A stretch of 64,000 nt of DNA. It comes from Candidatus Woesearchaeota archaeon. Its GTDB lineage: Archaea > Nanobdellota > Nanobdellia > Woesearchaeales > ARS49. The notes beneath the pieces are model-generated. The model searched no databases and was not told the origin of the DNA. It saw only the letters and a list, made by a program, of their open reading frames with translations. This document shows, one piece after another, positions 57,975 through 64,000 of this stretch (positions are counted from its first letter, which is position 1; every line of letters begins with the position of its first letter). The stretch lies in NCBI GenBank assembly GCA_017609645.1, contig JAFCDQ010000002.1, positions 145,470 through 209,469 of the forward strand, written 5' to 3'. Position numbers and translations under genes: made by a program.

Positions 57975-58823
57975 ATGAAAGAAAAAATAAAAGAATTATT
58001 AAATATCAAAGAGGAAGAAATAAAAAAATTTAAAATTTCTCATAAAGGATACGAAGGAGACTGCTATATTCTTTTTACTCAAAATAACTCATATTTCATA
58101 AAAAAATATTATTTAAAAGATGAGGTTAATTATGTAGAAGGATTAACTGCAAAAAAACTTTTTGATGCGGAGCTGAAGTCAATAAATTTACTCAGCACAA
58201 TTAAAAATGAGGGAATGATAACACCTGAACTAGTAACATATGATTCAAAAAACCTGATATTGGTACAGAAATATCTTAAAGGAGAAAAATTTTATAATCA
58301 TTTAATCAAAAATTGCAATAAAATTTATTTCAATGCGAATTTAAAAAATATCTTTTTTTATTTCGGCCAATTCTTAGCGGAATATCATAATAAATTTTTT
58401 TATAAAGAATTTAATGGGGAACCTTTAACCAGACTTCATGGCGACTTATCGTCTCATAATATGACATTCATGAGAACCTCTCAAATATTCTTATTTGATC
58501 CTTCTGTAATTCAAGGCAGCATTTATATAGATCTGGCAAAGGCATTTCTTATTTTTTATCCTCTAAACTTTTTTTTAAATTTTATAATTAGAAAAAGCAA
58601 AATGAATTTACTCAAAAACTTTTTCTTTGAAGGATATATGAAAAATTCTAAATTCAGATTAGATAAAAATATCTTAAAGAAATATATTATTTCAAAGCTA
58701 GATGATGAAAAAAGATATTCCACTCAAACTCATATTTATAAATTAAAGAAAATTCTCATAAACTCTTATATAAATCATCTGATTAAAAAAATTGAAGAAA
58801 ATAAAATTAATATTTTTGAATAA
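57975..58823 (+). CDS. APH/choline-kinase-like phosphotransferase
   Basis: FIKK, E, HGDLSSHN, LFDP, DLAK. Confidence 0.75.
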   Translation: MKEKIKELLNIKEEEIKKFKISHKGYEGDCYILFTQNNSYFIKKYYLKDEVNYVEGLTAKKLFDAELKSINLLSTIKNEGMITPELVTYDSKNLILVQKYLKGEKFYNHLIKNCNKIYFNANLKNIFFYFGQFLAEYHNKFFYKEFNGEPLTRLHGDLSSHNMTFMRTSQIFLFDPSVIQGSIYIDLAKAFLIFYPLNFFLNFIIRKSKMNLLKNFFFEGYMKNSKFRLDKNILKKYIISKLDDEKRYSTQTHIYKLKKILINSYINHLIKKIEENKINIFE

Positions 58824-58840
58824 GGAACTGCTGGGAAAAT

Positions 58841-60193
58841 ATGGACAAGATCAAATATCTGAATAAAGAATTTGTCTCGGAAGAGACAATTAGGAATTTA
58901 AATAGACTTAAAAATAATGAAAATATAGAAAATATATACTGTTTGATTGAATCCCACATTAAAAAATTTTCAGAAACTCCCTCAAGCATATGTATAAAAA
59001 CAAACAGTAAAAAAATATATCCAGATTATTCAAGTTCTCTCAACTGCGGTATGGGGTTGCTGCAGACAAATCTTAATATTTGTGATTTGAGAAATAAAAT
59101 AGTGAAAATATTTCAAGAGATAAACAACAAAACAACATTGAGTATTATTAAAAGGTACCTGGGAAGAAAAGAAGTCAATAAAAAAGAATTAGAAGAGATA
59201 TTCTATAAAGGTATTGAAGCTATGCCTTCAAGATACAACAAAATAAACAATGCATTCGGCAATGAAGGGAATGTAGTGAAAGATAAAGAAGTTAAAAAAG
59301 ATGAGATAATAAAAGCTATTCCTAACTTTTTATATAGAGGCGCATTAAGAGAATTAGGAAAAAATGCCGGCGGCAATCACTTTATTGAAATGCAAATCAT
59401 TGATGAGATATTTGACCATAAAATAAAAGCTAAAAAAGGAGATGTTTATTTCATGATTCATCTTGGAACAGGATATTTAGGCGATAATTTTAATAATGTA
59501 TACTTAAAGAGAAAAAATAATTCTCTAAAGACAACCTTTGCTATTGGTCCAAAATTCTTCAACATACAAAAACTATTCTTTTTGATAAAAACATTTGGAA
59601 TATATTATATAATAAGAAATTTTAAGAAATTATTCAAAAAGAGTAAATTAAAAGGGCTTGAAAACAACACAAAAAGAGCAAAATACTACATCAATGGAAG
59701 CCATGCAATTATGAATTTTGGATATGCCTGGAGATACGCAACTTATTCAAAAATAATTGATGTATTGAAGAAAGTAAGTGAAAAAGAATTAAAATATAAA
59801 TTATTGCTTGATAGATCACATAATTCAATTTTTCAAGAAAAAGAAAACTATTATTATCTAAGAAACTGCTGCAAACTTAAAAAAACAGGAGATCTTTTCA
59901 TTCTGCCAGGAAATTATTGCAATAATTCATATTTATGCCAAACGCTTCCAAAATTAAAGAAAATAGGATTCAACATAGACCATGGATTAGGTATGCTTTT
60001 AAAGAAGGACAAAGAAAAAGATCTTACTTTTATGTATAAATGCAAAAGAACTAGAATCATTAGCGGAAAAATAAAATACAAAAAAATCAAACATGAAAAA
60101 TCACAAAAAATAAATGAGGTCATCAAAAAACTAGAAAAAGAAGGATATTTCAAAATACTTCTTACATTGAAGCCAATCGCGAGTCTGAAATAA
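58841..60193 (+). CDS. divergent RtcB-family protein
   Basis: LNCGM, GGNHFIEMQ, MIHLGT, SHN, LPG, DHGLG, LKP in RtcB order. Confidence 0.8.
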   Translation: MDKIKYLNKEFVSEETIRNLNRLKNNENIENIYCLIESHIKKFSETPSSICIKTNSKKIYPDYSSSLNCGMGLLQTNLNICDLRNKIVKIFQEINNKTTLSIIKRYLGRKEVNKKELEEIFYKGIEAMPSRYNKINNAFGNEGNVVKDKEVKKDEIIKAIPNFLYRGALRELGKNAGGNHFIEMQIIDEIFDHKIKAKKGDVYFMIHLGTGYLGDNFNNVYLKRKNNSLKTTFAIGPKFFNIQKLFFLIKTFGIYYIIRNFKKLFKKSKLKGLENNTKRAKYYINGSHAIMNFGYAWRYATYSKIIDVLKKVSEKELKYKLLLDRSHNSIFQEKENYYYLRNCCKLKKTGDLFILPGNYCNNSYLCQTLPKLKKIGFNIDHGLGMLLKKDKEKDLTFMYKCKRTRIISGKIKYKKIKHEKSQKINEVIKKLEKEGYFKILLTLKPIASLK

Positions 60194-60194
60194 A

Positions 60195-61115
60195 ATGAAG
60201 GAATGGAAAAATTTATTGGGGAACTCAGTTGACTCAAAAATAGTTTCGATAAGATTATTTAAAAAATGCCCCTGCTCTTGCATATATCTCGCTAAAGATG
60301 AAAAAAATAGAGAATATATTATAAAGAAATACAAAACAAGAGATTCAGACATTAAGCAAGAATTTGAGAATCAAAAAAAAGCATATGAAATATTCCAAAA
60401 TTATTCAAATAATGTTGCAGTCCCTACACCAATAACTTTCTCAAAGAAACACAACATTCTCGCTATGGAATATATCAAAGGGATAACATTAACAGAATAT
60501 TTGAGAAATAATAACCTTTATTTGAAAGGAAGAAAATTAAAGAAAATATATTATTTAATTGGCGGGGCATTACAGCATTTGCATAAAAATGCTGTCTGGA
60601 AAACAAAAGAGTTTATTGATGGAAAAATGCATCTTACAATAAATAGAGTAAAGCTTCAGCCAATTTATAAGGAATATCTTAAGTTAATTAAAAAAAATAA
60701 CGAAAAATCTCAATTCCAAAGAATACATGGTAATTTCAAAACAGAAAATATATTGATTAGTAACTCGAAGATATATTTTATAGACTTTGCTTATGATTAT
60801 AAAGGTTCAATATATTATGATCTGGCCAAATTAATTGAATCCTCTTTCACAGCAGGGTTTAGAAATATTTATTTTCCAGCATATAATTTCCTAAATTTAA
60901 ATAATTTTAAAAGGGCTCTGATTAAAGGATATTTCAAAGAAGAAAGAGTTAATGCAAAAATATTTAATTATTATCAGGTGCTGTTTAAGATTTATGATTT
61001 AAGCTGCTGCAAATCAAGAAAAATATCCTTCATTTTTCTCAAAAATATATATAATTTTAGAATAAAAAAATTGATAAGAAAGAGTTATACTTTAGCAAAA
61101 ATGGAGATAGAATGA
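60195..61115 (+). CDS. APH/Kdo-kinase-like protein (catalytic Asp replaced by Asn)
   Basis: IIKK, QEF, VPTP, MEYI.G, HGNFKTEN, IDF, YDLA. Confidence 0.75.
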   Translation: MKEWKNLLGNSVDSKIVSIRLFKKCPCSCIYLAKDEKNREYIIKKYKTRDSDIKQEFENQKKAYEIFQNYSNNVAVPTPITFSKKHNILAMEYIKGITLTEYLRNNNLYLKGRKLKKIYYLIGGALQHLHKNAVWKTKEFIDGKMHLTINRVKLQPIYKEYLKLIKKNNEKSQFQRIHGNFKTENILISNSKIYFIDFAYDYKGSIYYDLAKLIESSFTAGFRNIYFPAYNFLNLNNFKRALIKGYFKEERVNAKIFNYYQVLFKIYDLSCCKSRKISFIFLKNIYNFRIKKLIRKSYTLAKMEIE

Positions 61116-62863
61116 AAAAAATTAAATATAAATATCCTTACATTAATGGAATAAGAATCTCTGGTAAATTAAATGATTTGCCTATAGAATTGCATAATTA
61201 TCTAACTATTGCTAACTTCAACTATTTTTATCTTCTCGACTATTTCGTAAAAAGAACAAACAAACAATTCAAAAAAAAATGCGGATTAGATTTGATAATC
61301 TTCTTTCTTGATTATCTTGACACTCATATCGATGACGACATTGAATTAGTTGCAGAAGGCAATTTTGCAGAAGAATTCAAAAATTGTGTAAAATTAGTCT
61401 GTGAAACAAAAAAACATAATCTAACACTCAAAAAAATCAAACCAGACTGCGGTTTTTTTGCAAAAATAAAAACAAACCTATTTCACAACCCATTTATGCT
61501 AAGAAACTTAATCAAATTAAGACTCACAATAAGATACTTTCTTGGCTTAATAAGAAGAATTATGGGAAAAACCAACAAAAATGATGTGGAAGTGATTTTC
61601 TTATCAAATATGAGGTTCTCAAGGAAAAATGAACATAACAATGCGCTATTTGGATCTTTAATAAAAAAACTAGATGAAACGAAAATAAAAAATAAAGTCA
61701 TAAGATATGATCCTCCCAGATATTACTTTGAGTTGAAGCGGTTTATAAAAGAATTCCTGCTGCAAAAAGAGAGCTATCTAGGAGATTATTATAGAGTTTC
61801 TCATTTTTTTAAAATAAAAAAGAATATGAAACTTTTCAAAAGAAAATGGAATCAAATAAAAAACTATGCTGATTTAAAAAATATCTTCAACTATAAAGGA
61901 TACAATTATTACAGCATAATAAAGCCAAGATTAGAACTTATATTCAACTCCATAAGCTATTTTGCAATCGACAATAAACTCATAACAAATGAAATAATAA
62001 AAAAAGAAAAATTCAAAGCAATAATTATAGATAGTGAAAGCAGCCTCTATGGGAAAGGATTCATGCTTAACCTAAAGGATAAAGAATCAAAAGTTATGGC
62101 ATTATCACATGAACTGATTTATCCAGGATGTGATCATATTTGCAGAAAAAATGATTTAATTAAAAACAAAAAAAATATTTATTGGAGACCCTTGCCTGAT
62201 ATAAAATGTGTATGGGGAGAATTTGCAAAAAATATCTTATTAGAAGACTGTAATTATAAAGATGAATTAATCAAAATAACAGGAAATCCCAAATTTGATT
62301 ATTTGTTCAATAAAAAATATGACAAAAAAGAAATTTTAGAGAAGTACAAGCTAAAAGAAAATAAAAAGAAAATATTAATTGCCTCAAACAGAAGCTGGCA
62401 ACTTGCGCCTTTTATTTCTGAACTTTTATCAAAAACAAATGAATATGAAGTAATACTAAAACTACACCCAAAAGAAGACCTTAATTCAATTAAAAAATAC
62501 TTTGAAAGAATTCCTGTTAAAATAATAGAAGGAATCGCAGACATAAATGAACTGCTAAATGTATCTGACATTGCAGTAACAGAAGCATCAACAGTAGGTT
62601 TTGAAGCAATGCTGCTTGGAAAAATTGTATTTATCTTAACAAGAGATAAAGCGGAACCAAGAGGAATGCCTTATATGCAGTATAAAGCAGCAATTAAAAT
62701 AAACTCCGCAAAAAATCTTTTAAATGAATTAAACACGTTAAAAAACAAGGAACACGAGAAAAAACTAATTGAAAATATGAATTATTTTACAAATCACATA
62801 AATTATGGAAATGATGGAAAAGCATCAGAAAGAGTGGTGGCGGAAATAAAGAAATTCCTCTAA
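61112..62863 (+). CDS. GT-B protein, CDP-glycerol glycerophosphotransferase (TagF)/capsule-transferase-like
   Basis: VWGE, TGNPKFD, KLHPKE, STVGFEAMLLGK, DGKASERV. Confidence 0.72.
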   Translation: MKKIKYKYPYINGIRISGKLNDLPIELHNYLTIANFNYFYLLDYFVKRTNKQFKKKCGLDLIIFFLDYLDTHIDDDIELVAEGNFAEEFKNCVKLVCETKKHNLTLKKIKPDCGFFAKIKTNLFHNPFMLRNLIKLRLTIRYFLGLIRRIMGKTNKNDVEVIFLSNMRFSRKNEHNNALFGSLIKKLDETKIKNKVIRYDPPRYYFELKRFIKEFLLQKESYLGDYYRVSHFFKIKKNMKLFKRKWNQIKNYADLKNIFNYKGYNYYSIIKPRLELIFNSISYFAIDNKLITNEIIKKEKFKAIIIDSESSLYGKGFMLNLKDKESKVMALSHELIYPGCDHICRKNDLIKNKKNIYWRPLPDIKCVWGEFAKNILLEDCNYKDELIKITGNPKFDYLFNKKYDKKEILEKYKLKENKKKILIASNRSWQLAPFISELLSKTNEYEVILKLHPKEDLNSIKKYFERIPVKIIEGIADINELLNVSDIAVTEASTVGFEAMLLGKIVFILTRDKAEPRGMPYMQYKAAIKINSAKNLLNELNTLKNKEHEKKLIENMNYFTNHINYGNDGKASERVVAEIKKFL

Positions 62864-62934
62864 AAACAAACTATTTCTAAGATTCATAATGTTTAAAAAG
62901 GATATTTTTAAGATAAGAATAATAGTAAAAAAAT

Positions 62935-64000
62935 ATGAGAAAAAAAATAAATGATGTCATAAACTTATTAAGCAGAAAAATAGGAATTAATCTTTATGAT
63001 TGGACAAAGGGAGGTCTTTTTGTGGGTCTGCCTTTAATTTTAAATTCTTTATTTGCTGTCTTAATATCTATAATTTTTACAAGGATTATTTCACAAAGCA
63101 TTTTTGGAGAATACCAATTTTTCCTTGTTATACTCAGCATGTTTTTTTTATTTTCTTTGCCGGAAATGGACACTGCTTTAATTCGATCTGTAGCAAAAAA
63201 ACATGACAAATCATTTGACAAAGCAATTAAAATTCGATTTCTATGGTCTCTAATAGGTTCAGCAATCCTGTTTGGCGTTTGTCTTTATTTAAAGTCCATA
63301 AATCAAGTAGCATGGAAATATTATTTTTACTCTGCATTATTCTTTCCTTTTTTCTATTCGTTCAGATCAGCTTTTTCTTTTCTTATAGGGAAACAAAAAT
63401 TTTCTCTTTATTCAAAATATTTTAGTTCACATATAATTCTGGTAAATCTCTTGTTTATAACTATCATTTGCTTATTTAAAAATCTAAACATCATAATTTT
63501 AGCTTATTTAGCAGTAAACTCTTTGAGTTTTTTTATTTTTTATAAAATAATCAGAAAGAAATTCTTAAAAAAGATAAAAAAAACAAAAGAAGATAAAGGC
63601 CTTTTTAAATTTGGTTTCCATCTTACTTCAATCTCAATAATACCTATGCTGTTTGCTCGCGCAGATAAAATCATATTAACTTCTTTTTTAGGTTTTGAAG
63701 CATTAGCTATTTATGTTATTGCATCATCATTTCCTAGCCAAATAAGATTAATCACAAAACCTTTTGTCAAGATGCTTCTTCCTAAATTATCCGCAAGCAA
63801 AGATGCTGAAAAAACATTTAAATTCATAAGAAGTAAATTAATTTATATCATACTTGTTCCAGCTTTTATAATTTCCACAGGAGCTTTGCTAATTCCTTAT
63901 GTTATAAAAATTCTCTTTCCAAGCAGCTATCTCATATCAATTCCTTACGCACAACTATTGTTCTTTGCTTATTTATTAACATTTAGTACACATATGTTTA
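62935..64000 (+). CDS. Wzx/MOP oligosaccharide flippase, truncated by the window edge (absent from the ORF track)
   Basis: MRKKINDV...FTRIISQSIFGEYQF...RADKIILTSFLGFEALAIY; hydrophobic and open to the end of the window. Confidence 0.85.
   Translation, partial: MRKKINDVINLLSRKIGINLYDWTKGGLFVGLPLILNSLFAVLISIIFTRIISQSIFGEYQFFLVILSMFFLFSLPEMDTALIRSVAKKHDKSFDKAIKIRFLWSLIGSAILFGVCLYLKSINQVAWKYYFYSALFFPFFYSFRSAFSFLIGKQKFSLYSKYFSSHIILVNLLFITIICLFKNLNIIILAYLAVNSLSFFIFYKIIRKKFLKKIKKTKEDKGLFKFGFHLTSISIIPMLFARADKIILTSFLGFEALAIYVIASSFPSQIRLITKPFVKMLLPKLSASKDAEKTFKFIRSKLIYIILVPAFIISTGALLIPYVIKILFPSSYLISIPYAQLLFFAYLLTFSTHMF

Noticed and set aside
500-62571. Numerous 60-160 aa antisense or alternate-frame ORFs (e.g. 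1117..1407, 31224..31691, 57454..57924)
   Set aside because: They lie within well-supported genes, have no motifs, and reflect biased codon usage
63000-63425. Short + strand ORFs 63000..63206 and 63243..63425
   Set aside because: Out-of-frame shadows of the flippase starting at 62935

Overview
AT-rich archaeal chromosome segment, probably from a DPANN lineage (Woesearchaeota/Pacearchaeota-like; an inference). Archaeal markers are a Dph2-type protein, AglB, a TrmB regulator, and two CCA-less tRNA genes with 37/38 introns. Layout: (1) 1-8.7 kb, housekeeping genes (SppA, DUF192, Dph2, RNase H-like, AlaX, M32 carboxypeptidase). (2) 8.77-22.38 kb, a ~13.6 kb island integrated at the 3' end of tRNA-Asp, with a tyrosine integrase, PD-(D/E)XK nucleases, a MutS-type ATPase, an MNT-HEPN pair and regulators. 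(3) A 2123-aa LamG/glycoside-hydrolase surface protein bracketed by twin wHTH genes. (4) trpS, tRNA-Tyr and iscS-iscU. (5) A GH57/GT4 alpha-glucan operon. (6) From 37 kb on, an N-glycosylation/surface-glycan cluster around aglB. Two candidates for undescribed systems stand out. First, an integron-like array in which recombinase-free 2.2-2.7 kb cassettes, each bounded by a 90-bp hairpin repeat, appear to have inserted serially into the last ~15 codons of the integrase gene and replaced its C-terminus. Second, a divergent RtcB-fold protein sits between two kinase-like genes and a TagF-like transferase in the glycan cluster, suggesting RNA-ligase chemistry reused for glycan phosphodiester decoration. 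All family assignments are from motif recognition by eye; no searches were run.
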